Source: Candidatus Cloacimonadota bacterium (GTDB taxonomy: Bacteria > Cloacimonadota > Cloacimonadia > Cloacimonadales > WRIO01). From it: a DNA stretch of 25,054 bases. Under the pieces are notes generated by a model. The model did not search any database, was not told the DNA's origin, and worked only from the letters and a program-made list of their open reading frames with translations. Numbering within the stretch: the stretch's first letter is position 1; each line of letters opens with the position of its first letter. This document shows, in pieces, positions 1 through 8,715 of the stretch. A program made the position numbers and the translations under genes. The stretch is taken from positions 1-25,054 of the forward strand of contig JAKQQL010000058.1 of the NCBI GenBank assembly GCA_029564175.1, in the 5' to 3' direction.

Positions 1-128
1 TTATTGGAATCATATTTTGTCAACTACTATCATTGATATTAGATGTTTTATCTGTTTAACAAAATCCAGATAGGGCTTTTCTTTCTTTCTTTATCGCATT
101 CTTAAGAGTTAGCATCTTTAAAGGGAAT

Positions 129-152
129 AAAAAAAGGAGGCGAAAGCCTCCT
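129..152 (-). terminator. Intrinsic terminator after the adenosine-kinase family gene
   Basis: On the - strand AGGAGGC-TTTC-GCCTCCT (135-152) followed by a T-run, 18 nt after the stop of 171..653. Confidence 0.92.
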
Positions 153-170
153 GTATCACTTGTTCTGTTT

Positions 171-653
171 TTATCGTTTATAGCCTATATTTAAGAGGAA
201 TTTTTTACGATTACCCACATCAGAATCTAATTCTATTCCTTTGGGTGAATTACCATCTATGACACCAAGTACACCACGACCCTGTTCAGTTTCAGCCATT
301 ATCACCTGTACAGGATTGCCGGTTGCGCAAAAAATATGGACTACTTCACGACAATCTTTTATCGCAGGCAAGACATTTATCGGAAAACAATCCTGCATAA
401 TGATTAAAAAAGTATGACCTGCACCCAGTTTTTTTAGGTTTTGAGCGGCTAAATCAATTAACTCCGTATCTGTACCGTCTTTTCGGACAAGACAAGGGCC
501 TGATGCCTCATTAAAAGCCAAACCAAATTTCGCATTGGGAACACTGTTAACCATGGCTTCATAAAGATCTTCTACGGTTTTAATAAAATGTGACTGGCCA
601 TATATGATATTGGCTCCTTCAGGATAGCTGATAGTTTCTAAAATAATCTCCAT
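171..653 (-). CDS. Adenosine-specific kinase family protein (DUF355 type)
   Basis: 160 aa with motifs GQSHFIKTVEDL, FNEASG, GHTF, FCATGNP, GRGVLGVIDG and C-terminal GYKR; GGAG RBS upstream. Confidence 0.9.
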   Translation of the reverse strand: MEIILETISYPEGANIIYGQSHFIKTVEDLYEAMVNSVPNAKFGLAFNEASGPCLVRKDGTDTELIDLAAQNLKKLGAGHTFLIIMQDCFPINVLPAIKDCREVVHIFCATGNPVQVIMAETEQGRGVLGVIDGNSPKGIELDSDVGNRKKFLLNIGYKR

Positions 654-681
654 ACAATCTCCAAATCTTCAATTTTCTGTG

Positions 682-786
682 AAAAGATAAATTGAGATTA
701 AACCGTAAAGTGTTTTGAGCTCCATCTGAATATCTGTAACAATATAAATGGCTTTAATTTACGGGTTAATCCCAATTTGATTTTTT
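682..786 (-). other. Long imperfect hairpin (structured RNA or small palindromic element)
   Basis: Arms 689-709 and 758-778 pair at 20 of 21 positions on the - strand, one of them G-U; inner helix CCATTT/AGATGG. Confidence 0.6.
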
Positions 787-795
787 AAAAGAGAA

Positions 796-817
796 AGACC
801 GTTATAAATAACGGTCT
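796..817 (-). terminator. Intrinsic terminator of rpmB
   Basis: Perfect inverted repeat AGACCGTTAT/ATAACGGTCT 6 nt after the rpmB stop, followed on the - strand by TTCTCTTTT. Confidence 0.85.
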
Positions 818-823
818 AAAAAC

Positions 824-1015
824 TTATACGACTTTTTTAACAGTGTTTTTCTTTAAACAAGCAGTGCAGATTTTAATATTCTTGATTTCGCCATCTATAT
901 CTGCTCTAATTTTTTGCAAATTAGGTAAGAATCTTCTTTTTGTTGCACTCATTGAATGAGAACGAAGATTACCGTTTAAAGGTTTTTTTCCACAAACATC
1001 ACACATGATTGACAT
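824..1015 (-). CDS. rpmB: 50S ribosomal protein L28, with both CxxC pairs (zinc-binding form)
   Basis: 63 aa; [41 protein letters not shown]. Confidence 0.97.
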   Translation of the reverse strand: MSIMCDVCGKKPLNGNLRSHSMSATKRRFLPNLQKIRADIDGEIKNIKICTACLKKNTVKKVV

Positions 1016-1090
1016 TGTACCTTCTCCTTCACTTCTATCATAAAACCAAAAAAAACCAGATAGCTTATTTTGGCAAGTAATTTATTCTAT

Positions 1091-2215
1091 TTAATGCAAT
1101 TTAATCAAAGGAATGAACATTTTAAAGCATGCACCTGATTCAGGCGTATTAGAAACTAAGAGCTTTCCTTTGTGATCTTCCACTATTTTTTTACAGATTG
1201 CAAGCCCTAATCCGGTGCCACCTTTTTTCCCTTTGGTGACAAATGGTTCAAAAATGGTTTCGATCAACTCTTCAGGAATACCTTTTCCGGTATCCTGGAT
1301 TTCAATTTTCATAAAATTATCTTCAAGCGTAGCTGTTACATAAACAGATTCTTCTTCATCAATTGCCTCAAAAGCATTTTTGATTACATTAGAAACACAT
1401 CGTTTTAATCGGCCTTCATCAAAAACGACAGGTTTATCAATTTTATTATTGATAATCAGATTCATACTTCTTGCTTCAGCTATTGCACCCATAGACGTTT
1501 CCAGATCTTCAAAAAATTCATGTAAATCGACTTCTTTCAAGGCAAGACAGCTTTGCTCTCCACGTGCAAAATCTAATATTTCACGAATCATTTCATCCAG
1601 ATTTTTGGCTTGTTTGATTATTTTACTGGTAAAATCAGACGTTTCTTCATACATATTTGCAATAATCTCAGCCGTTAAAATAATTACGGTTATGGGTGTT
1701 TTAATATCATGAATAATCTTGCTCGCTGCAGTACCAATTGCGGCCATTCTGCTTTCTTTTATCATTCGGTCAACAATATCCACAAATTTCTGATTTGTAT
1801 TGCGTAAACGGTGTGAGATGGTTTTCATTAAGTTGAAGATTATCATCGGATAATGCATACACAAATCAATAAACACTTTTTTTGTCATTTTTAAAAGAGT
1901 TGCATTGGTTTTTGCTCTTACAGTCGCTGATCGTGGATAATCATCCACAAGAGACATTTCACCAAAATAACTGTATGGAGAAAGCACATCCAGTTCAGCC
2001 TGTGCAGTATCAATACTTTTCCCTAAATGCTTAAAAATCTCTACCTGACCTTCTAAAATAATATAAAAACTGTCGCCTGCTGTAAATTCTTCAAAAACGA
2101 TCTCCCCCGGTATATATTCTTCTACCGTAAACAGAGCCGATATTGCCTGAATCGCATCATCATTCAGATTAGCAAAGAAATCCATTTGCTTTACGACCGA
2201 CTGAATATCTTTCAT
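1091..2215 (-). CDS. Cytoplasmic histidine kinase with N-terminal cyclic-nucleotide-binding domain
   Basis: cNMP motif FGEMSLVDDYPRSATVRA; H-box IIHDIKTP; N-box NVIKNA; G1 DTGKG; F-box FEPF; G2 GTGLGL; no transmembrane segment. Confidence 0.92.
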   Translation of the reverse strand: MKDIQSVVKQMDFFANLNDDAIQAISALFTVEEYIPGEIVFEEFTAGDSFYIILEGQVEIFKHLGKSIDTAQAELDVLSPYSYFGEMSLVDDYPRSATVRAKTNATLLKMTKKVFIDLCMHYPMIIFNLMKTISHRLRNTNQKFVDIVDRMIKESRMAAIGTAASKIIHDIKTPITVIILTAEIIANMYEETSDFTSKIIKQAKNLDEMIREILDFARGEQSCLALKEVDLHEFFEDLETSMGAIAEARSMNLIINNKIDKPVVFDEGRLKRCVSNVIKNAFEAIDEEESVYVTATLEDNFMKIEIQDTGKGIPEELIETIFEPFVTKGKKGGTGLGLAICKKIVEDHKGKLLVSNTPESGACFKMFIPLIKLH

Positions 2216-2244
2216 GTTATCTCCATCATCATTTTTCGCATTTT

Positions 2245-2273
2245 ATTATATTTGAAACCTATAAAAATGTCAA
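2245..2273 (-). promoter_or_regulatory. Consensus sigma70 promoter of the cNMP kinase gene
   Basis: - strand TTGACA-17 nt-TATAAT, 29 nt upstream of the ATG at 2215. Confidence 0.88.
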
Positions 2274-2625
2274 ATGTTTTTTTATATTTTTTAATACTTT
2301 CATCATTTTCAAGGGAATCCTTCATTCAATCCACTCCAAAAATTATATGAAATCACTGTAAAACGGCTTGCCATCAAAAAACAAACATCTTGCTTGCTTT
2401 CATAATTTTCTGAACTTTATGCGTTGGGCTTTCTATTACAAAAAGCTTGTAAAAATTGTGATTTACCGAATGATTCTGGTAAAATGAACTTTAAACACTT
2501 TATTTATACGTTTATAAACAGACTTGGTGTTCTAAAAGCTTAAATAAGTTTTTTAAGAGTTTGTTAAAATGCATAAAACCGGTTAATCACTTCTAATAAA
2601 CAAGCTATAAGTTTAGATAAACCGA

Positions 2626-3423
2626 TTAATAGACCTGCCTGATGATTTCATAGCAGGCAATTGATGTAGCTGTTCCAACATTGAGAGAGTTTTTCCAGCC
2701 AAAGAGTGGAATTTGAAGAATATAATCCACTTTTTCCAGAACTGCTCTATCAAGTCCGAGTGCTTCGTTACCGGCAATCAGTAAGTTTTTCTTTTTAAAT
2801 GAGTGAGTGAACAGTGAGACAGAGGGTTCAGCTGTTTCTAAAGCATAAATATCATAATTCTGATTCCTATACTCATGAAGACACTGATCAAGATTGATAC
2901 ATTTTTCCCAATTAATTTTTGTGCTGGTATTCATTGAGGTTTGAATTACTTTAGGGTGGTCAGGCAGAGGTGTATAACCTGAAAAGATGATTTTTTCCAC
3001 ACCAAAACACTCTGCTGATCGAATGATTGCACCCACATTAAAGGCTGATCTCAGATTATGCAAGAGAATCGTTAAGGGAAATAGGCGTTTATTATCTAAA
3101 GAGTCAGACTGTTTAATGATCAATTCTTCAGGTTTATTCAGAAAATGAAAATCCTTTTCAGCATAGAATTTTTCCTGAAAATAAGGAAAAACGATTTGAA
3201 TCAGGCTTTCTTTACTTTCTGTCTGGCTAATTTCTTTTGAGTATTTTTTTAAATTAGCAAGATCAGAAATCTCTATAAGTCTGACAAAATCGATTCTCAG
3301 TAAGGCAAAATGCTGTTCAGAAGACTGTTCAACCTCTTTTAAAAGTAAATATAGAAAGTGCAGTTGTTTTTCAGAAGAATATCCGCAAAACAACTGCTCA
3401 GGCAAATCGGGTCTATACTTCAT
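2626..3423 (-). CDS. TrmH/SpoU family RNA 2'-O-methyltransferase with N-terminal extension
   Basis: SPOUT motifs NLRSAFNVGAIIRSAECFG, GNEALG, IPLFGWKNSLNVG. Confidence 0.9.
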   Translation of the reverse strand: MKYRPDLPEQLFCGYSSEKQLHFLYLLLKEVEQSSEQHFALLRIDFVRLIEISDLANLKKYSKEISQTESKESLIQIVFPYFQEKFYAEKDFHFLNKPEELIIKQSDSLDNKRLFPLTILLHNLRSAFNVGAIIRSAECFGVEKIIFSGYTPLPDHPKVIQTSMNTSTKINWEKCINLDQCLHEYRNQNYDIYALETAEPSVSLFTHSFKKKNLLIAGNEALGLDRAVLEKVDYILQIPLFGWKNSLNVGTATSIACYEIIRQVY

Positions 3424-3435
3424 TGTAAAATATAC

Positions 3436-4452
3436 TTATCGGAAATTAAGCTTAAAATCAGGAATTGTCTGACCTGTAATAAGTCCATTATCGTTTAAAA
3501 TATCTGGATAATGAAATTTTTCCAGGAGATGATATTCTTGATTTGAAAGTAGATCTAGCTGTTTTAAGGTATGGATAGCAACGGAAGGAACAACTGTCAG
3601 TGACCCATCTTCTATCTTCAAAGATATTGCTAATTTCTCGTTTTTCAAGGCAATGCAATACACTCCCTCAGCACCAATTTTGCCAATTAAGCGACCTTTT
3701 GTTGCCTTCATTAAGGCTGTGCAAAAACCGCCTGTACCAGATACCATGAAAGGAAATTCATTCATTGCATGAAAGATTTTGTTACAAGCTTGCTGTGTCT
3801 CCTGATCAAATTGATCTGGTACAGCCAGATTGAGAAAAGCAACAGCCATATTAAACAAAGGCATCGCAAACACAGGCACTGAGCATCCATCAATACCTAT
3901 GCTGATTTGATCAGCAGAGTATTCTGAAAATAAGGAAATCAGCCTTAAATTTTCTTGCTGAACCGGATGATTGATATCCAGGTAGTTCGTGACAGGATAA
4001 GCATTGTGTTTGCATACAGCCAGCATGCCACTGTGTTTACCGGAACAATCACTGATCAACTCACTATCCTGAATTCCTCTTCTTGCCAATTCAAGGGCAT
4101 ATTGCGGATTAAGAGAAGTTGCCACACCACAACGAAATTCTGACAAACTAATGCCGGCTTTCTTCATAATAGACAGTACCGTATTGATATGAGTCTGTTC
4201 TCCATAATGAGAGGCACACATTAAAGCCAGTTCATCTGAAGTAAACTGATATCGTTCAGCAGTACCGCTTATTATGATCTGCAGGGCCTGAATAGGTTTT
4301 GCTGATGATCTTAAAAAGGTATAGTAAAAAGGATCTCCTAAAGAAGCAATAATCTCCTTATTTGAATTGATTACACAAATATGGGCATAATGTTTTGCTT
4401 CAACAATTTTGCCTCGGGTTCTTTTAACAGCGAGATTGTTCATATCAGACAT
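3436..4452 (-). CDS. Class 3 (Rhizobium etli type) L-asparaginase family protein
   Basis: RSSAKPIQA, ASHYGE, CSGKHSGML, DGCSVP and KIGAEG motifs; ATG overlaps the upstream TAA (TAATG). Confidence 0.9.
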   Translation of the reverse strand: MSDMNNLAVKRTRGKIVEAKHYAHICVINSNKEIIASLGDPFYYTFLRSSAKPIQALQIIISGTAERYQFTSDELALMCASHYGEQTHINTVLSIMKKAGISLSEFRCGVATSLNPQYALELARRGIQDSELISDCSGKHSGMLAVCKHNAYPVTNYLDINHPVQQENLRLISLFSEYSADQISIGIDGCSVPVFAMPLFNMAVAFLNLAVPDQFDQETQQACNKIFHAMNEFPFMVSGTGGFCTALMKATKGRLIGKIGAEGVYCIALKNEKLAISLKIEDGSLTVVPSVAIHTLKQLDLLSNQEYHLLEKFHYPDILNDNGLITGQTIPDFKLNFR

Positions 4453-5276
4453 TAAAAATAATCTCCAAGCGCTTTACATATATTCTCAAGATATTCTTTA
4501 TCAATGGCATCGAATGGATCGATCTGATGAGAATCGATATCCAGCTCACCAATAAAATCTCCTTTTTTATTAAAGACAGGTATGACTATCTCAGATTTTG
4601 TTTTAATAGAGCAAGCAAGATAATTACCCTGTAAAGAAACATCAGGCACTAAAAACGTCTCATTTGTTTCTGCAGCCTGCCCACATATCCCTTTTCCATA
4701 AGCAATCTTCGTATGCTCAGTTTCTTCTCCGATATAAGCTCCCAAATGCAACATCCTGGATTGGGCATCAGCCAGATAAAAACCAGTCCAATTGTAATAT
4801 GGCACCTTTTTATCCAACAAAATACAAATCTCTTTCATTGCAATATTGATATCTTCTTCTGAAGATAGAATCTTTTCACAACGAGTTAGCAGATATTCAA
4901 AAAATTGTTTTTTATCCTTATCAATTGAAGGTGCATAATAGTCTTTAATTTCTTCCCATTTATCGACAGCGCGTCTCAGGTGGGGAATAACGATAGATCC
5001 TCCCACAATTAAGGCTATGGAAAAGACTTCTTCCAATTCTTCATCAGAAATTCCTGCCTGATAACATTCCATCATGTGATAATTTATGCAGTCATCACAA
5101 CGTAAAACCATACTGGCGACAAGCCCCATCATTTCTTTGGTTTTCTTATCCAGAGCACCTTCTTTGTAAGTGTTCCAGTCAAGATTAAAGAATCGTTTTA
5201 TATTTTTCTGACCAAATTTCAGCGTTTTTTCATTGAGACGTTCACGTTCATTAACAAAGTCTTCAAATCCAGACAT
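4452..5276 (-). CDS. Fusion of an AhpD/CMD-like domain and a GAF domain (free Met-R-sulfoxide reductase-like)
   Basis: N-terminal GALDKKTKEMMGLVAS-LRCDDC-YH; C-terminal YNWTGFY, GKGICGQAA, YLACS-TKSEIVIP, GELDIDS; GGAGG RBS. Confidence 0.88.
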   Translation of the reverse strand: MSGFEDFVNERERLNEKTLKFGQKNIKRFFNLDWNTYKEGALDKKTKEMMGLVASMVLRCDDCINYHMMECYQAGISDEELEEVFSIALIVGGSIVIPHLRRAVDKWEEIKDYYAPSIDKDKKQFFEYLLTRCEKILSSEEDINIAMKEICILLDKKVPYYNWTGFYLADAQSRMLHLGAYIGEETEHTKIAYGKGICGQAAETNETFLVPDVSLQGNYLACSIKTKSEIVIPVFNKKGDFIGELDIDSHQIDPFDAIDKEYLENICKALGDYF

Positions 5277-5288
5277 TTTTCCTCCAGT

Positions 5289-6377
5289 TTATATCAGTTT
5301 TAATTTTTGTATATCATGATCAAGTGTTTTTACTTTCTCAGTATATACCGGTAATATTGACAATACTTCCTGCAAGTTATCAAGGACAGGTACTTCTGTG
5401 TAATAGTGACCGGCATCAATCAAAGGAGTTGATGAATCCAGCATTTGATGATAAGTAAAATCTCCACTAACAAAACAGTCTGAACTTGAGACTAACCCAA
5501 GCAATGAAGAACCACTGCCTCCACATACAGCTAATCGTTTAACCCGCTTCTCTTCGTCATGACCAGCAGTCCAGAGTTTTACAAACGGTGCATTTAATTT
5601 TTCTTTTACAAACTCAGCCAGTTCAATCAGACTCATACTCTCTTCCAGATCACCCGTAAGCCCTAATCCGTAATTTGGGGAATCTTGATTCAGTTTATTA
5701 ACAACATATACGGGCATTTCATAAGGATGATTACTGAGTATAGCACTGATAATGGTTTTCAGTTTTATGGAATCGGCAAAGAATTCCAACTTGACTTCTT
5801 CAACATATTCTAGATGATTAAGCTCTCCAAAAACTGGATTTGCCTGATCAAAAGGCATAAACTGTCCACTTACCGGATATTGAGCAGCACATTTCTGATA
5901 ATTACCATAAAATCCTCCCCCTGCGTTAAAAGCCGCTTTTTTGACTTTTTCAACTGCATCACCGGGTACAAATACAGAAATATGAAAAAATTCTTTATCA
6001 ATACTTTTCTGAATAAATTGTTGATTCTTTAGTTCCAGCCTTTTTGCAAGTGCAAAATTGACTCCGTTTTTTACCAGATCAAGATTTGTATGAGCAGTAA
6101 AAACGGCAATTGAATTTTTAATGAGTTTGATAATGGCAGGGTGATTAATTTTTTTAATCGCTTTAAAAATAAAGGGATGATGTGAAATAATCATATCAAA
6201 GTTATTGTCCACTGCATATTGTATGATTTGATCTGTCACATCAAGTGATAGTAAAATACGATTGACCTGCTGAGAATTCTCTCCGATCAATAGTCCTGTA
6301 TTATCCCACTGATAAGACAAATCATTAGGTGCATACTGATTCAGTACATCACTGATTTCTTTTACACTAATAGCCAT
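5289..6377 (-). CDS. Nif3/DUF34 dinuclear metal protein, long form with PII-like insert
   Basis: WDNTGL, ISHHP, HTNLD, HPYE (insert), GGSG, AGHYYTE; AAGGAGG RBS. Confidence 0.93.
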   Translation of the reverse strand: MAISVKEISDVLNQYAPNDLSYQWDNTGLLIGENSQQVNRILLSLDVTDQIIQYAVDNNFDMIISHHPFIFKAIKKINHPAIIKLIKNSIAVFTAHTNLDLVKNGVNFALAKRLELKNQQFIQKSIDKEFFHISVFVPGDAVEKVKKAAFNAGGGFYGNYQKCAAQYPVSGQFMPFDQANPVFGELNHLEYVEEVKLEFFADSIKLKTIISAILSNHPYEMPVYVVNKLNQDSPNYGLGLTGDLEESMSLIELAEFVKEKLNAPFVKLWTAGHDEEKRVKRLAVCGGSGSSLLGLVSSSDCFVSGDFTYHQMLDSSTPLIDAGHYYTEVPVLDNLQEVLSILPVYTEKVKTLDHDIQKLKLI

Positions 6378-6410
6378 TTTCCCCCTCCTTCTGTTTCATG
6401 AAAGATTGTT

Positions 6411-6435
6411 AATGACATGCATTATGCCTGTCATT
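6411..6435. promoter_or_regulatory. Palindrome in the nif3 operon leader (operator or terminator)
   Basis: AATGACATGCAT-T-ATGCCTGTCATT, 11 of 12 paired, followed by a T-run on the + strand. Confidence 0.5.
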
Positions 6436-6515
6436 TTTTTATTCACGTTCTAATAATATACAATTCTTTTTTTACTCAAATTCAATAAGGTCTTTTTGTC
6501 AAGAATGAATTCAAA

Positions 6516-7487
6516 TCAACAGCAATTTGTATTGTTTTGAATCAGTTCCTTATTTTCACAACGTTCACATTCAAACTGAATTGTAATATGGTTTATCTCA
6601 TATTTTTCATTTAAAATATGATGAATTTGCTCATAAAGTGGATTTAATTCAGATATTTTCTGATCGTTGACATCTACATGCGCTTCGAAATGAAAGGTGT
6701 TTTCATTAATCATCCAGGCATGAACATGATGTATGTTTTTGATTTCCGGTAGTTCAGTCAGGTCTTTTTTGATTTCTTCCAGAGATATTTCAGGAGCTCC
6801 CTGCATCATGATATGAGTGGTACTTTTAATAATAAAATAACTTTCTCTGGCAATGTAAATGGCAATTATTGCTGTAATTAATGGATCAATCCAGTAAATC
6901 TTCCAGAATACAATCGCAATACCGCCTAAAATGACTCCAACTGATGAAATTGTATCACCAAGCATGTGAAGGTAAGCCGATCTGACATTCATATTGTGTT
7001 TAGAACCAGTATGCAGTAACAACATTGATATTAAATTTGAAACTAAACCAATCGATGCAACTATCAGCATTACCCAACCTTTGATCTCTTCAGGTGCAAA
7101 GAATCTTTTTCCGGCTTCAATCAACAAAAATCCGCTAATGATAATCAAACTGGTTGAATTGATAAAAGCGGCAATTACTTCCGCTCTTTTATAACCAAAA
7201 GTTCTTTTTAAATCATTGTCTTTTTTAGAGATTTTGTAAGCAAAATAACTGATTATGATAGAAACTGTATCACTCAGATTATGTACTGCGTCCGATAAAA
7301 GGGCTAGACTACCGGAAACAATCCCTCCAATAAATTCAGCTAAGGTGATAATCAGATTAAGAAGCGTAACAAATCTGAATTTAGCAGGACTTACTTCTTC
7401 TGGGTCCAGATGATGGTGATGATGATGTGAATGATTACAATGATGATCATGAGTATGTGGCTCATTATGTGGTTCATTATGTGTCAT
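6516..7487 (-). CDS. Cation diffusion facilitator, CzcD/ZitB-like Zn/Co/Cd exporter
   Basis: SLALLSDAVHNLSD, TFGYKRAE, RSAYLHMLGD, IHHVHAW, HITIQFE; His-rich N-terminus. Confidence 0.93.
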   Translation of the reverse strand: MTHNEPHNEPHTHDHHCNHSHHHHHHLDPEEVSPAKFRFVTLLNLIITLAEFIGGIVSGSLALLSDAVHNLSDTVSIIISYFAYKISKKDNDLKRTFGYKRAEVIAAFINSTSLIIISGFLLIEAGKRFFAPEEIKGWVMLIVASIGLVSNLISMLLLHTGSKHNMNVRSAYLHMLGDTISSVGVILGGIAIVFWKIYWIDPLITAIIAIYIARESYFIIKSTTHIMMQGAPEISLEEIKKDLTELPEIKNIHHVHAWMINENTFHFEAHVDVNDQKISELNPLYEQIHHILNEKYEINHITIQFECERCENKELIQNNTNCC

Positions 7488-7573
7488 TATGGTTCCTTTT
7501 TCTCTATTCTTTCTATTTTTTTGAGACCTTTATTAAAATTATACCATTTTCTGTGCCAAAAGCAAAAAAAAAC

Positions 7574-7602
7574 TTGCACAATTCTTTTATTTCTGATAGA
7601 TT
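7574..7602 (+). promoter_or_regulatory. Candidate sigma70 promoter of the Cache/kinase operon
   Basis: TTGCAC-17 nt-TAGATT with an extended TG. Confidence 0.5.
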
Positions 7603-7610
7603 GAATCCAG

Positions 7611-7630
7611 ATAGTGTCATAGAGTGTCAT
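7611..7630 (+). repeat. 10-bp tandem direct repeat, possible transcription factor site
   Basis: ATAGTGTCAT-AGAGTGTCAT, 9 of 10 identical. Confidence 0.55.
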
Positions 7631-7731
7631 CAATAATGCAAATATAGCTGGCAAATTTATTACCATTACTTATAATTATCTGTATTGCAAAGCATTATAA
7701 AAACTAATTATTTAAAAAAATGGGAGGTAAT

Positions 7732-8715
7732 ATGAAATTTTTCGTGTATTTAGGAATATTGTTCTTAATGATATTAACTTCCTGTTCTGATAATGACACT
7801 CATCAAATGAATATTGCTCTTGATTCAGCCATTAACAAAGCCGATTCCACTATCATAGAATTAATGAGTTCTTTGGAACAGGTTAAATTTTTCACAGAAA
7901 AGCTTTATGAAAATCAAAATCAATATAAAGGTAATCCCTCACTGTATGATATGTACAACAATGTATTTTATAAAAAAGTAAATAATGGGAAATCAGCTGT
8001 ATTTGTAACAGGATTCATCCCTGTTAATCCTCAGATAAAAAGGACTGTTTATTTTACTGAGCCTCTTGAAGAACCCTTTATGGCTTTCATTAACAATCAT
8101 CCACAAGCAGTACAAATTTATTATAATGACAAAAATTCATACAACCGAATTTATCCCTGGTTCGATGTCCTTTCTCAGTATCCTCAAAACACAGATATCA
8201 CCAGTTTTTCCTTTTATTATCTGGCAGACAATAAGTTTAATCCGGAAAAAAAAGTGGTAGTTACTGATGAACCTTATATGGACCCGGCAGGAAGAGGATG
8301 GATTTTTTCCATTATTTCGCCTGTTTATTATCAGGATTCACTGGAGGGTGTACTAGGAATTGACGTAAATGCATGTAACTTGTTTAGTTCTATCTCTGAG
8401 TTAAAAAACTATTCCTATATGTTGCTTCAGGAGAGTAGTACAGTCATATCTTCAAGTAAAGATATTGAAAAGTTGTTTAATCTGCCAGATAAAAATGCGG
8501 TTAAATATATTGATTATCTAAGCAATGAAGAAGTCCTGAACAACCAATATAAGCTTAGTAAGAGTAAAAATATTGAAACCAGAAGACTCTTTGATAATAT
8601 TAAGGGTCAACAGAAAATTAAACTTTTCCGTATTAATGATAGAGAATACCTTGTTACTTACAAAAAACTAAAAACGATAGACTGGACACTGGTTATTTTT
8701 AAGAAAGTATCATGA
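7732..8715 (+). CDS. Stand-alone Cache (dCache-like) sensor domain lipoprotein
   Basis: Start moved to ATG 7732 (GGAGGT RBS); lipobox-like LTSC; Cache motifs FYYLA, EPYMDPAGRGW, ISPVY, GVLGIDV, WTLVI; no second TM or output domain. Confidence 0.8.
   Translation: MKFFVYLGILFLMILTSCSDNDTHQMNIALDSAINKADSTIIELMSSLEQVKFFTEKLYENQNQYKGNPSLYDMYNNVFYKKVNNGKSAVFVTGFIPVNPQIKRTVYFTEPLEEPFMAFINNHPQAVQIYYNDKNSYNRIYPWFDVLSQYPQNTDITSFSFYYLADNKFNPEKKVVVTDEPYMDPAGRGWIFSIISPVYYQDSLEGVLGIDVNACNLFSSISELKNYSYMLLQESSTVISSSKDIEKLFNLPDKNAVKYIDYLSNEEVLNNQYKLSKSKNIETRRLFDNIKGQQKIKLFRINDREYLVTYKKLKTIDWTLVIFKKVS

Noticed and set aside
7542..7558. Sigma54-like TGGCAC upstream of the CDF gene (- strand)
   Set aside because: The -12 element reads ATGGT rather than TTGC; an extended -10 TGGTATAAT explains the site better
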